A DNA stretch of 64,000 bases from the human T2T-CHM13v2.0 reference genome, Homo sapiens: assembly GCF_009914755.1 (NCBI RefSeq), contig NC_060927.1, one strand, 5' to 3'. A model generated the notes under the pieces. It worked only from the letters and a program-made list of their open reading frames with translations. It was not told the origin of the DNA and did not search any database. Made by a program: the position numbers and the translations under genes. This document shows positions 1 through 13,800 of the stretch, one piece after another. Each line of letters opens with the position of its first letter. The stretch's first letter is position 1.

Positions 1-949
1 GACACAAAGGGTTTGTGCTATTCAGATATAAATCCACTGAAGTGTGATCCAATGTTAATTGCTAACAATTGTCTGCATTTGAGCCATTACAGAAAGGAAA
101 GGCTCATTTAAAGAAACAGTGACATGTGCCAAAGCTATTTTCTCAATGGTTCTCATGTTTGTAAATATTTAAGGTTGTGTGGAGGTAAAAACATGCAAAT
201 ATGAAAGATATGGACTATTCCATTATAATAAATGTTCAACAGTAAAATACAGGTTTCTGTCTTTTTTTAAGTCAGTTCAAAGGAGAGATAAAAGCAATCA
301 ACTTTGAAACATAAAAATTCCAAAAGCTATGACAAAATATAGCACACCGTTGACGGAGGTGTTGAAATCAGTCCTGGAAGTCAGCAAATGGAGCTAAGTC
401 TAACTGATATCTGCAAATATGTCTTGCATCAGGTTTATTACAAATGTGATAACACTGTTGAACTTTCCTACTTTGCAAGAATCTGATCTTTTTCAGATCA
501 GATTATGTGAATCTAAAATTGATTGAAAGGACAGCTATTAGACTTGTGTGAAAAGGCCTTTTTTATAATAGAAATGTACTAGCCATTTTGAAATTTAATC
601 ATAATTCTTCAGATCTTTCTGCCCCTAGAAATAATTTCTTTTAAATTGTAACTTTAAATGAATTCTTCATATTCTTTTTTTAACATACTTAGGATACATT
701 GGACATCTCAGGAGACTTTTTCATAAATAAGAACAAGAGAATTAGAGAGTGGAAACAATTATATGATCAAAATAAATCAAAGCACTCTCAGCACTTAAAG
801 GGTTTATTTCCAGAGCCTGTCTAGGTATCCCAAGAATACTGGTGCATGAAAAAACCACTAACCTATCCACCGACTTCTCACTCGAATATTGAAACTTGTT
901 CTTGTAGTTATATTGTTCTTGTTCTATATCAGAAGGGGCAGGGGAGCTA

Positions 950-1100
950 GAATGTATTGTACTTTTACCATGTGGCTAGCATTGTGCTAAGCACTTTCCA
1001 TACATTAATGTATTTAATGTTCACAATGGTCTTATGCATACTTCCATTCCATAGAAGAAATGGAGACTTACATGTAGAGAAACAGCTTTAGAGTAACTTC
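950..1100 (-). mobile_element. MIR SINE fragment
   Basis: Reverse-complement MIR core/3' motifs (cattgtgctaagcactttccatacattaatgtatttaat...atagaagaaatggagactta). Boundaries approximate. Confidence 0.6.
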
Positions 1101-2505
1101 AGTTGGACCAAAAAGCTATAGATTTGCCTGTCAGATAGCAAAATCAATACAGACCCAGAAACATCAGATGTTAGAAAATCTTTCCTCACCAGCTGCAATA
1201 ATTCATTATTGCAATGAATGATTTCCAAGTTTCTTTAATTACATACCACTCTCAGAAAAATAGAAAAACTCTGGTGCACGCACCCACAATATGTACATAT
1301 TCATTTATTATAAATTATATACTGTTTAGAATATATTGCAGTCAATAGTTCGTATCTCAAAATACAATATCAACTTAGGGCAAGGTTCATCTTAGTGGCA
1401 TTGAAATATTAGGTATAAATCCAAACGACAAATAACCTTCCTGATAATTTTGAATATTTTTGGCTGAACTTCTTTTCAGAGAAGGATGAACTCAACATTG
1501 ATTTTACCATGTGAAGTAGCTGCAGAAGAGTCCATCTGGCAAGAAGAAGGGTATCAGCTCTGCCGTTTTCTTGTGAGTTGCTTTGTTCTGCATTGTTAAT
1601 ACTATCTTCAAACCAAACCCATTACAGGAATCCTACCTATCTGTTGATTTCATGAGGGTTTTTCAAAGCTATTATTTAAAACAAGATAACATTCATAAAT
1701 ACATTTGACACCTAAAAAGCAGTACATCTAGAGACCAATGTGGGTCCCGGAACCATTCTCCATCCTCCCCTCAACATGGCACTGCCCTCTTCCCGTCCAT
1801 CTCTGGAGTTCCGTGAGGGCAACGCTGCCAATCCGTATCTTAGAAGTTGGTGAAGTTTCATTTCATTCTGACTTTTAAAATAAACATCCCAGCACCTCAA
1901 CTGGCTCACCTCCTGCAGTGTTGGGCCCTACTTTGGATTCCACTGCTCTAGCAAAGAGGGTTAGAAGTCAGCATAAATGCATAAACACTGCCTTCAATAC
2001 AAGGCCTTCTTGATCATTTTTAACTAACTTCCCAAGCCACGTTTGCCTAATTTCTCAGGAGGGAATAAGGAGATAGAGACAATATTTGAAAATAGTTGGA
2101 GGCCCCAGCTCTGTCATGTACGAGTCACAGGTTACTTCATCTTTCTGAGTCTGGATACTTTAGCTGCAATTGTGAGGATTAGTTAAGCTCAGGAGCCAGA
2201 GAGTGAGCATAATGAATTCAATCTGAATTATTACAAAATATTTGATATTTAAAAATGTTTCAGTGGGCAATCTCACACAGAAAATTTCCTTTTCATGAAT
2301 CAGAAAAGACGTGATATTTCTATGAAGACTGAGTCTCTCACCATATCATTATACCAATTCAAGCCCTAAACATGAGTTCCAACCCTTGACAGGGGTTCAT
2401 AAGGGACAGATACAAGCAATAATGGTTTGAGTTTTTAAAAATATATATGTTGACCAAAAAACATACTTCCTCCCCATCACTCTTCCTTTTTTGGTTAGAA
2501 TAAAT

Positions 2506-2670
2506 CAGTGGTTCACAGACCAGTAGTAGCTCAGCATTACCAAGGAGCTTGTTAAAAATGAAAATTATCAGCCCCACCCTGGATCTCCTGAATCAGAAAC
2601 TCCAGAGATGGGTCCTATGTATTAGCAACATCTCCAGGTGATCTGATGCATGCTAAAGTTTGAGAACTCC
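2506..2670. mobile_element. MER5A-like hAT-Charlie DNA transposon
   Basis: cagtggttc...gagcttgttaaaaatg...ctgaatcagaaact...ccaggtgatctgatgcatgctaaagtttgagaac matches the recalled MER5A consensus. Confidence 0.8.
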
Positions 2671-3198
2671 CAGTATAGACTGTACCTGTTTTCTAAAGCA
2701 AAGGGGCAGGTGTTTGATTTTCAGTCTCAATTAATAGGTGCATGAACTTCATCTATGTAACTTCCCAATAATGAAGTGAACTGTCTTTCCCTTGTGGACA
2801 TACAATGTTAGAACATTGATAGGGATAATCATACTTGTTAAATTTGATTTGATTGGCAAAACTGCTCAAAGCTGAATACAGACATTTGGCTATAATTCAG
2901 GAATGCTACAAACTCAAGATTGTTGCTGTTCATGAGACATTTTTAAACAAAATTGTAACCATGGGTTATAATTTTCAATCCCATTTGATACAATAAATAA
3001 ATAAAGTTCAATATCTGGTCACTGTTGCATTTTCTTGGTAATACATGTCTGGCTACCTCACAACTGTTTTTTGAATGAGGAAATAAAAGTCTCCACTTAA
3101 TTTTTTCAATGTTGTATGTGGTATTATCAGCCAAAAAAATTTAAGCCTTGTTATCACTTTATCTTTTTTCAGTCATTTTAACTCACTACATGTCATTG

Positions 3199-3201
<3 letters not shown>

Positions 3202-3234
<33 letters not shown>
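3202..3234. repeat. (TG)16 microsatellite
   Basis: Read directly. Confidence 0.97.
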
Positions 3235-3236
<2 letters not shown>

Positions 3237-5042
3237 ATTTGACTAACCTAGTTAGTCCAGATAGCTGTTTCTTTGCCTTTTTTGGATTCTGTCCACTCTA
3301 TAAAAATATCTAAAGCTCCATAAAGACAAATCTATACTTGATCTTAAGCCATTTGAAATAATAGTTAAAAAACAACATCACAATTGTCCCCTAGTTTGGA
3401 AAGGAGGCCTAAGCATTTTTCAATTACAGAAATAGACTTTTAGCTAGATAATTCAAAATAATGCTTAATTTACTGATTAAAATTTAGCATACACATTAAC
3501 AGGTGCCTCCAAAAGTCAAAAACACACAGAGCTGAGTCTCCTACATGAAGTACTTTCCTTTAGTACACATGACCCTTCCTTTGGATCAACCAGTATTTAT
3601 TAATGGGCTGCTCTCTCACTTACACATGGTTTGGAGCCTGTTGGCAAAGGCTTTTGCCCGCTCACATGACATTACTTATTTGACAGAATATGGATAATTT
3701 CAAGGCTTTGATGGCCTTTCAGTGTTAAGACTGGCAGATGAATATTGTAATGCACTTGAAAAATTTGGTGTAAGAAGAAAAGTATATTCTTAGATAATAA
3801 AGAATGGCCCAACTTCAGACAGCCAGCTGTGGACTTGATTCTTTAAAAATGATTTACATGGTCCAGTTGCACTGTCTCTATAATTTTCTTGTTACACATC
3901 AGTCTGGATCTAGATTACATATATAAGATTTATTTGGTGATTTTTGTTCATTTTGATTTATTATTTCACTATTTAGACGCAACTTTCTCTGAAATGTCTT
4001 CTATAAAAAATGATGTAACATTTATTGCATTTATTATACTTAATGATAAACCTTTCAGTAACTTTATCAATGTAAAAAATGATCAAAATCACACATGTTT
4101 AATTCAGTGCAACACATGATTTTACTTTAAGAGATTTTATACACATAAACATCCCCAAGATTTTGGCCTTTATCTAGGGCAACTTGCTTTCAGCAGAAGA
4201 CTAATTTGAATCAATTCTTTTCCCTTTTAGATTATATTAGGGTCAGAATCCTTATGTGACCCTCATGGTTATTTGTGGGACATGACAAAGAAGGATAAAA
4301 TCTAACTATTCATTTCTAGCCAAAAGGTTTAGATACTGCTTCTTATTTGATTATACCTCTTTGGTGTAAGATGTGTTTTATTTCTGCTACAAAAAAAAAG
4401 TTTATAAAAACCTAATTCTAAATCACCTTTTTGGAGCTCAGATATATACTCCTGAAGGGAATGGTATACCTTCGTCAGTTTAACTTGCTTTCCAAATCCC
4501 CCATCATGCTGTAAAACATGCAGTCCTCAGTTGGGGATGGATTATAAGGGTTAACATATCTTTTCAAGTTAATCAAGACTGAATTTGAACTGACTCAATT
4601 CTTTCCCCACAATTTAATGCTCCCATTTTTTTACCAGTGACCTGAAAAGATTTGATTTCATAGATGCCAACGTAGACCAAAAAAAAAAAAAAAAAAATCC
4701 AAAACACCAAAAAGCAGATTTTAATTGCAATTGTAACTTGTTCATCTTGTTTAAGCTGGTTGGTAAAGTTCATATTTCCATGTCTAACACTCCAAATTTT
4801 ATACTAATTCAATTTAGGCATCTTATTTATGTTGCCACAGAATGCTTAAGTTTATTTTCTTGACATATGATTAAAATTTCCATTATTTCTCCTATAATTT
4901 ATTTTGAAACCTAAAAGCCTCACATTTTCATAAATCTTTTAAGGGTTTTGAAATGTACTACCATGAAATTATCTAATTATGTATTTTATGGTCCAACCCA
5001 CAAAGCAAATACAATCCATACCATTAAAAACAAATGAATCTG

Positions 5043-5356
5043 GGCTGGGTGTGGTGGCTCACGCCTGTAATCCCAGCACTTTGGGAGGCTGAGGCGGGCA
5101 GATCACGAGGTCAGGAAATCAAGACCATCCTGGCTAACACGGTGAAACCCCGTCTCTACTAAAAATAGAAAAAATTAGCCGGGCATAGTGGCGGGCGCCT
5201 GTAGTCCCAGCGACTCGGGAGACTGAGGCAGGAGAATGGCGTGAACCTGGAGGCGGAGCTTGCAGTGAGCCGAGATCGCGCCACTGCACTCCAGCCTGGG
5301 CGACAGAGCCTCACTCCGTCTCAAAACAAACAAACAAACAAAAAAACAAACAAACA
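5043..5356 (+). mobile_element. Full-length AluY with (CAAA)n tail
   Basis: AluY diagnostics (accatcctggctaacacggtg, gaatggcgtgaacc, ggagcttgcagtgagccgagatcgcgcc). 17-bp TSD aaaaacaaatgaatctg at 5026-5042 and 5357-5373. Confidence 0.95.
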
Positions 5357-6927
5357 AAAAACAAATGAATCTGAAGATGCTAAATTCAGTTGAGGAGGCT
5401 TCCTAATTCAAAGTCAATACTAAATAAATGATATACTTTGTATCTGGTTGAAAATGTAACATTATCCAGAAAAAAAAAAATTGTATTTTAAAAGGAAATA
5501 AATTTTCCTATATTTTTGTAACAGAAAACATCACTTAAATCCAATCCACCCCCAGCATCCCAGCATGTTGCCTTCATTTTGACCTTCACTGAGGAAAGTC
5601 AAGCCAACTGAGAAATAAATGTTCAGTGGAGGGAGCTTGTCGGGGGGACCCCTGGGAGAGCCAAGGAACAGTGTTTATTGGATAAAACACTAAGTTTGTA
5701 CAAATAAATCACAGATCCAAAATGGTTGAGGTAAGAATGGAGGATATTTCACATCAAATCATCACATCTTAGAATGGAGTTTTGGTTTCGTTTCTCTTTT
5801 CTTTCTCTTCCCCTTTGAAAGATGAGACTCCAGATTTGTAACTTTTAAATGGTAAGTCAGGGTTAAATTCCCAGTTTATTTTAACTTGGAAAATATCAGT
5901 GATTTGTTATCTGAATCACCCAGTTGGCTTTGTTTTTCTGTATGAACATCATTATTTTCTTGTCTTTCCCCTTTAAAGTCCATTTTCCATAATTTCAATA
6001 TTATCGTTATAATATCATGGAAATTCACTAAACAATTGCAGAATTTCAAACCCTACTCTGCTGGCAACTGGCCCAGTCTTAATCACCAACTGTTAAACCT
6101 GCATTTGGTCACTAATGCACTAAAACATTGCTAATGACATGGAGGTATGACAAGATAAGGCCAGTCTCATAATGAATGACTCCACAAAAGCAAAGTGGCA
6201 AAAGCAATTATAGAATCACATGGGCCACTGGCCTTGAATTGTCATGGACATCCTATTTCATGTTGTTCAGCTAAAACAGCTCAGAGATAACCTTATGTTC
6301 AGTAGAAGCAGAGGTTGTATCACATATGTACTTCAACTGGCACATGCTTCTGTTTCAAGAACTAATTGTCCTATAGGAAAAGATCTTCAGTTCCTTTATT
6401 ACCAAGATGAATTAAACAGTTTTCCACATTCAGACTGTATTCTTAGTATACAACAAACCCTGAAGAAAAGAAGTAAATACTTTTAAAATGTTTAATAATT
6501 TTGTATTGCATTTTATTAAATACCACTTGGCATTTCCAACTTCACATGCATTCTCCTAATATTTCCCAAGAAGTTTTAACTTATTTATGATACATTACAT
6601 AAACATAGTATAATTACAAAAGAAGTTGAGTGCATTTCAATATGTCAAATGTATTTTTTCTGCTATAATTACAACCAAGGAAAATATAATCAACAAACTG
6701 AATAAAGATGCTAATAAAAGTTGTGTATAAATATTTAAAATTATTTAATATTACTTTAAAAATATATTTCAATGCAAATAAAAATCATGTGAGGAGAATT
6801 ATAAAATTAACCCGAAATTCCATCAGATGTGACATAGAAAATTTAAAATTTATCTTTTAACTGAGCAAGAAAATGATTGCTTCACTGAGGCAACAGCCTA
6901 ATTGCTCCACCATAAAACTGAGCCATA

Positions 6928-7073
6928 AGCTGAGCATGGTGGTGTGTAACTGTAGTCCCAGCTACTCGGGAGTCTAAGGCAGGAGGATCACTTGAGGCCA
7001 GGGGTTCCATTTCAGCCTGGACAACATAATGAGACCCCATCGCTACAAAAAAAAAAAAAAAAAAAAAAAAAAA
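6928..7073 (+). mobile_element. FLAM (free Alu monomer) with poly(A) tail
   Basis: Single ~120-bp Alu monomer plus A-tail, flanked by agccata on both sides. Confidence 0.85.
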
Positions 7074-7927
7074 GCCATAGACTCCAACCCTTGATATTGT
7101 CACTTTTACCCAGATGGATATTTTTCTACACAGCCTGTTAACAGACAATGTTGACATGATGATAAACCTGAGAATCTAGGCACATATATCAATACATTCC
7201 ATGACCAGAGGATAAAAAACTGAAAAAAAAAACACAAATTCTAAGTAGACTTACTGCTACGATAATCTCTACAGTAAATGCAACACTTCAAGGTATTTCT
7301 AAACAGTAACCATTTGCTTGAGTTCTGGGTCTAAAATAGCATCATCCTAATCTTATCAATTTGAGATTGAGAGAAAAACATAAAGTTGGGGGACATGTTT
7401 GCTCTTGTAGCACATGCAATTCCAATTACTGGTTTATGGCTGAAAAACACTAAATATTCAGTTTTTGATAAGCTGGAATTAAAAGTAAGTGACAAATAAG
7501 ACATAGTATAGTCAGGATAAGAAATTTACAATGGGGAAAAGAATGTTGCCAGGGAAGGGGGAAGAGGAGGAAGGGAGGTTCCTGAGATTCTAGAAAATCT
7601 TGACATTAGAAACTGGATTTTGTGGAGCATGTTTATTGCATACTAAAGAATATTTTACACAGACTTCCACTTTAAGCTTTAGCTAGTAAGAAAGAAGCAT
7701 GCTATTTCTCATTTTGCCTCAAGTACCAAGAAAACCAGAGCTAAATTTGGAACTTACAGTTGCAGATTGGCCAGATTTTGTGATATATTTATATTTTTTA
7801 AAATTTACCTTACTTTGGCTTTATTTTTTTCTTATTACATTTATTTATTTTATCTTTTTTATATACTTTGGTTATATACTTCGGTAAAGTGCTTCAAATT
7901 CTTTTTGGAAATAAGTGGGAATAAATG

Positions 7928-8121
7928 CCATGTTTCATTGAATCTAAGTTACCTTTTCTTGTAAGATGCACCATTATTTTATATACCACTAAGAGGCAGG
8001 GAAACCCAAAAAGGAACCCACTGCTAATTAAACTTTGACACCTCATTGATTATAGATGCATCCTGACTTCAGAGATGATAAATGTGAAACAAAAATCCAT
8101 CTTCAAATCAGTAAAATACAG
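7928..8121. mobile_element. MER104-like TcMar non-autonomous DNA transposon
   Basis: Ends ccatgtttcattgaatctaag ... catcttcaaatcagtaaaatacag and the internal gtaagatgcaccattattttat match the recalled MER104 consensus. Confidence 0.7.
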
Positions 8122-9760
8122 CAACATTATTCTCTTTGGTATTTTTATAAGTATTTACTGACAGTTTAATTTTATGATCGGATTTGAAAGGCAAGGCCAA
8201 GAATTTAAATTGCGGATACAGGCCAGACTCTCATTAGTCATCATCTTGTTTTACACAAGAAGAAATGCAGAAGGCATAGTCTGAATCCTCAAGAAGCTTA
8301 TCATCTCACTTCAACTTCAGTGATCACATGACAACGTAATGTGCATTAACTGCACATCAAATATACCCCAAGAATGGGGTCTATTGATCAGAAATGTATC
8401 TATTGAGACTAAAATGAAGCCTACATTTATTAGGTTTTGCTTTTCTCTATTAAAAAAGACATACAAATACCAAGTGAGTATTCTCTTACATCCCATTTTT
8501 TCCTGCAAAAATCTAAACCATTTTTATTTTTGGCAGTTCAATTGTTGTTGAAGAGTTTCTACTATAAATAAACTATGTTGCTTTAGTGAGATATTCAACC
8601 AGAAAGTGAGAAAAGCCATCTCATGTAGAGGTATCACATGATGAGGAGAGAACATGGCTGTCTGGATGAATAGAATAAATTTTATATGGATTTTGTGAAA
8701 CTCTAGTACAAGTCAAGAACAAAAGTTCTCTTGAGGTTATAGTGTTGTGTGTGGATATAGGGAAAATGAATCATTTGAGTCAGAGTTTCTGATTTTTGTT
8801 AAATGGTGAATATAAACAGATTTTTATTTTATCGTCACTGAAGGCCTAGGATACATTATCTTTATCCTTCTAACATTTCTAATTGAATGGTAAATTTATA
8901 AACATATCTCCAACCTCAAGCGACACTCCAGTTACAGTGGAGATAAGCCAACATCTAAAATCTAAATGTATACAGATATATATATACGTGTGTATGTATA
9001 TATATATGTATTTCAAATACTGTGTGTGCATGTATTTGAAATAACTTTGTAGTGAAATTTTTTAAAACCCGATTGTAAGATAATTGGCAATATGAATAGT
9101 TGGAAGTTAACAGTGACTTTGCCTGAACACACATTTAAACATTAATGATGGTAGAAAGCTAATTAGTAAAATTTAATTGGATGTATGCAAAATGGTATAA
9201 TGAGAAGATTTCAAGCATATTTAATTTTTAATCCAAATCCAAACTCTGAAGTAGAAAAACAGCTAAAGCCAATCATTGTGAAAGGTGGACTGACACATTT
9301 TCAAGACTACCCTATTAGCACCACAGAGCAAATTGATGTCTGAAATTAAATACGGTAATATATTGTCTCATGCCTTTAAAAAACATATAGAATGCAATTG
9401 CTTAAATAGCTTAAAGATTAAAATTAGAAATGGAGAGACAGACAAATGTATGTGACAAAGAGCCCATGGAATATAGTTTTAAAAATTAATTACGTTTTAT
9501 TATATGCAGTTACATATCTAGAGCAAGCCATTCAGCCGGCCAGAGTTACCTAGAAAGCAACAAAGGTAAAAGGAGACATGTCAGGGATAGTACCCAGTTT
9601 CACTCAATCTGATATCAGGGCAATATGATATGGGAGTCAAAAAGGTCAGTGCTATTTCAGGGAATACATGTTATGGAGAAGAAGTCAATAGTTCTTCTCC
9701 ATACACATGATATTGAAACCACACCCAGAACTTAGAGAGACGACAAAGGTTCTGTTTAGA

Positions 9761-9942
9761 GTGGATGGCAATCCTAGCTGCATGGGATGATCATCTGGGG
9801 AACTTTTTAAAATATAATAGTGATGCCTAGGCCCAGACCCCAGGGATACTGATTTAATTGATCTGGCTTACAGCCTGGAAATGAGGGTATTTTAAAGTTG
9901 TCCCAGGTGATTCTAATGTGCATCCAGGGTTGAAGAACCTGG
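9761..9942. mobile_element. MER5-family hAT-Charlie element
   Basis: tcatctggggaacttttta...ctgatttaattgatctgg...cccaggtgattctaatgtgcatccagggttgaagaac. Confidence 0.75.
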
Positions 9943-10334
9943 TTTGGAAAGATCTTGTTGCACTTTTTTCCTTGCCCTTAACTGGTTCTGGCTGTTGCTG
10001 ATTGGCAGGCGTGTATCTTTTCCTTGGAAGTGAGCATAACTTTGTTCTTGCCTAATAGTCTTTAAAGTAGCAATATGATGTTGGCATACACCACAAGTAA
10101 GAAATAATGTCAAAATTAAATTAGAAATAATGTCAAAATTAAACGTTATCTTAAGCTGCAATCAAGTTTGAAGTGTTTTTCAAAGTCTTCTCTGCACTAT
10201 GGACAATTATGTTAAGTATTGAGCACTGAAAAAGCATGGCTTTATGGCTTTTCAACAGTGTCCTCTTCACAGGTCACAGCAATACAAGAAATGCAAACGC
10301 ACTGGGAATGTAAAATGGGACTTAACTGAGTATG

Positions 10335-10830
10335 AGTTGTATCTGTCAGCATTCTTAGTAGCAACAGAAAAACTAATTTAGGCAGAAAAAGAATTCCTAA
10401 AAAGCGACTCTCTAGAAAGCCAAGAATTGGCTTGAGGCTACAAACTAGGAACATTGCCCCAAACCGTACCTCAGAACAGTCCCATGAGAACCCCACTGCT
10501 CTTGAGCACAGACTTGGCCATGCACCAGCCACCTACACTGTAGTTGCAGGACCCCATAGCTAGACACACCCACCACTGCTGGCATCCACACCAGAATGGA
10601 GTCCTTGTAGGTTCTTCTTTTATGTCACTTTCTACCAAATCAAAATCAACAAAGCCAGGTCACATGCCTGCCCTGGGCTCTCAGAGAGGCTGGCAGAGAC
10701 TGCATCTGGTATTTCCCCCTTCCACAATGGGACACGTTCTCTGTTTTCCACTAAAACTCATAAGGTGGGGAATTATCCAAACAGAAAAGAATTTTGTTCA
10801 CTGAAGAGCCAAACCAGAATTATAAATAAC
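10335..10830 (-). mobile_element. Old MLT1-type (ERVL-MaLR) LTR
   Basis: tgtatctgtcagcattcttagtagcaac... and aagccaggtcacatgcctgccct...gagaggctgg are typical MLT1J/K/L motifs. Subfamily uncertain. Confidence 0.6.
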
Positions 10831-13800
10831 AAAAACGAGAATCTGACCCTCTTTCTGGAGTTAAGCAAAGCTATAGGAATTATTTGTCCTGTATTTTACT
10901 TCTGTCACAGTTTGCTATAACTGAGATTGGGACTAACTTCAAGCCCCAAAGTTAATTTCAAGCTGTCTTGGATTCATCAGTCTCTTAGACACACAAAAAT
11001 TTTATGAAGCACAAAAGCAAAGTTGCTCAGTTCATACCAGGCATATTGAGTTCTTATGCTGGTTTCCCATAGTGTGCTATGGTATGTTCCTCTAGCTAAA
11101 ATTTGCCAAGTTTCAGTAAGTATCACATGTTTCAAAATATTAATGCATTCTTAATTACATTTGGAATAGGAAATAACCCATGCCCATTACCACACTCTGG
11201 GCATTTAGCCTAAATTTTCCATTCAACATCATAAGTAGATCTTATTTTCAGAGGGCACATATGCTAAGAATATGCCAGGAAATTAGGAGGTTTAACATGT
11301 TTCTGTGGCCCTGAGATGTTAACTTGCCCATAAAATTTGTGCAGGCTCAAAGACATCTCTAAAATTTTTCTCCCCGCCTGTGATGCTTTGATTACTTCTA
11401 AAACACTTTCTGGTCCTGTAAATTACAGCTCCTCCTGCCACTTGTTGGCAGACACTTTGAAAGGAGTGGTTAATATATACTTTTTTAGGAACAGCTGAAT
11501 CGTATGATTTCACACCTACACAGTCACTGTCTAGTAGCCTACCCTTATTCTGACAGGTGAACCCAAATCTTCTCTTGGAATATATTAGGTTATTATCTCA
11601 AATACGAAAATCAAGTGAATCTCCAACCAAAGCTTTCTCAGTTATTTCTTTCAATGAGTAACTTTCTTGGCTTATGAGAAGGAAGGAAATCATGTTGATC
11701 CAAGAGCAAGCATCTAATCCAAACCAGAAAAAAAAATACAAAGTAGTCAATCCCAATTAGTATTTAACAGAAATCCAACTGGGAATGCACCCAGGATTCC
11801 CATAACCTGCCTTCCTAATGCAAAACTCTAAAGTTTCCTTCAGAAAAGTAAAACAAGAGCCAGGTTCTTTTTGAAATGCAAAGATTATTTCTAAATGCAA
11901 AAAGTTCTGGCTGTAAGCAAAGAGTAATCACAAACAGGACTTTTATGAGTTATCAGATGTTATGAATTCTATGCATTTTTCTATGGAGTAGGTGGATAGC
12001 TTTCAACAAAATCATAAAGGTATACATCTCCAAAAAGTAAGTTAAGAAACAACACTCCAGAGAATGAAATGAAGAGCTTCCTCCCTGTTCCAAGGGTGGG
12101 TTCTTTATCCATCACCACTCAGCCATCTAATTCAAATAATGAAAGGTAAAGTCAATTTTCCAAGCTCAAAATTTCTCTGCAGTCTCATTTTCTATATTTC
12201 TTAGATATGATGACACAAATTGCCAACAACCTTATCTTAAAGGAATTTCTTGTGAGGGACTGAATTATTCTTCCATTCCTTCCAGAGCAATGTATCTAGA
12301 GCAGGGACTCTGCTGGGTGTTTATACTTGTGAACACCCTCACCACTATTCACAAGTTGTACCCCCCACATGGTGGCAGATGGAAGAACTGCTCAAGGAAC
12401 ACAGATGTCCCTCTATAGGAGGCAACATCATATATAGAGGGAGAGAGTGACCATGGCATTCAAGTCATAAAAATGACATTTTTTTAAAACTCCAAAATGC
12501 CACTGGGTAGTTTAAAAGTCTAAACACAGAGTAGCCCCTTCTGATACTTTCCATTGTGTTTTTGCAAAATTCAAATGATGTAGCTGACATCAGATAAAGC
12601 AAAATGGTTCTTTTCAAAATATTAAACATATTTTTATTCTATAATCCAGATAACCCAGTCCTCATTAGTCTGTGATTATAAAATAAGCCACGACTATTTT
12701 AATCACTAGCCCGTTTCCCAGAAATTCATCCCCTTCAAAATGTCCTCCGTTATTTTAGGAGTCTTCTACAATCCCAGTGTATTTTATTCGTGATGGCATT
12801 ACACCAACATTTTCCAAAGTGTATTCCATGAAACACTACACCCAGGAGATGCCCCACGAAAAAAGAAACTCAAAATCTGGGAAGTATAACACCTAGATCC
12901 TCCTTTTAGGGAGAGTCAATGCACATTTATACAGTATAGATGCTGAGAAGTCCCAATTCGAAAGTCCTAGTGAGTTTTTAAATCCAAAGTCACTTAACCC
13001 CTGACCCAGAAAGTGAACAGTTTATGTTTGAAAGATAGGTTTGCTTCCCGCTGTAACATTCTTTGACTTTTATGACTCCAAACTTGTGAAGTGAATAGTG
13101 TAAATATTCACTGCTCCATTTGGGAGATGAGAAAATTGAGGCATGAAGAAGTTACTTGTTCAATGTCCCCTAGAATGTATGTGACAAAGCTGGGACTCAA
13201 GTTCAATGCTCTTTCTATTACCCCCTGCTTTGGGACTCCCAGATAGCCATGAGGGACTGGGAAAGTCACATATTGCCTTCCATCCAAACACAGAAACACA
13301 ACCGGCTTGTAAGAAGAGCAACTGCAGACAAAGTTTCCTAGGTCACAGGATTTCCCCCAAATTCCTGATCTTGTTATCCTACACTAAAACTTCAGCAAGG
13401 CCAGTAAACTCTTACTGCCTCCTATGACCAACTCACACCCAAAATGTGTGTCAACCTTTCTCAATTCACCCTAGGTAGTGATGACAAATCGGCATTTGAA
13501 AATTTTAAGAAATGGTGAAATTTAATGAATTGGAGCAATAAAATCTTTGCACACTTATATATGTAAGGTTTGCAACATTTTTTAAACCTTTACAAATGTA
13601 AAATTACTCATTTGCTTATGGAACAGGAAATATATCAATTGTAATTTGATTTGCTCACAAAATCATTATGTTTCATTATAGTTCAAATAAGCCATTCTGT
13701 GTATTAATTGAATTTACATGTAAATGTATAATATTTTCATATAAGTGGAATATTATACTGCCAAACTTTAAACAGTTTAGCTGGTTTTAATATTTTTGAA

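Noticed and set aside
480-504. 10-bp hairpin aatctgatct-ttttc-agatcagatt; also a 9-bp stem at 46882-46905
   Set aside because: Real, but short enough to be expected by chance in 64 kb of AT-rich DNA.
10100-10143. 23-bp tandem duplication (agaaataatgtcaaaattaaa x2)
   Set aside because: An ordinary slippage duplication with two copies and no spacers, so not an array.
12365-12378. ccacatggtggcag, a CTCF-like motif
   Set aside because: It mismatches the core AG positions and is much weaker than the 60218 site.
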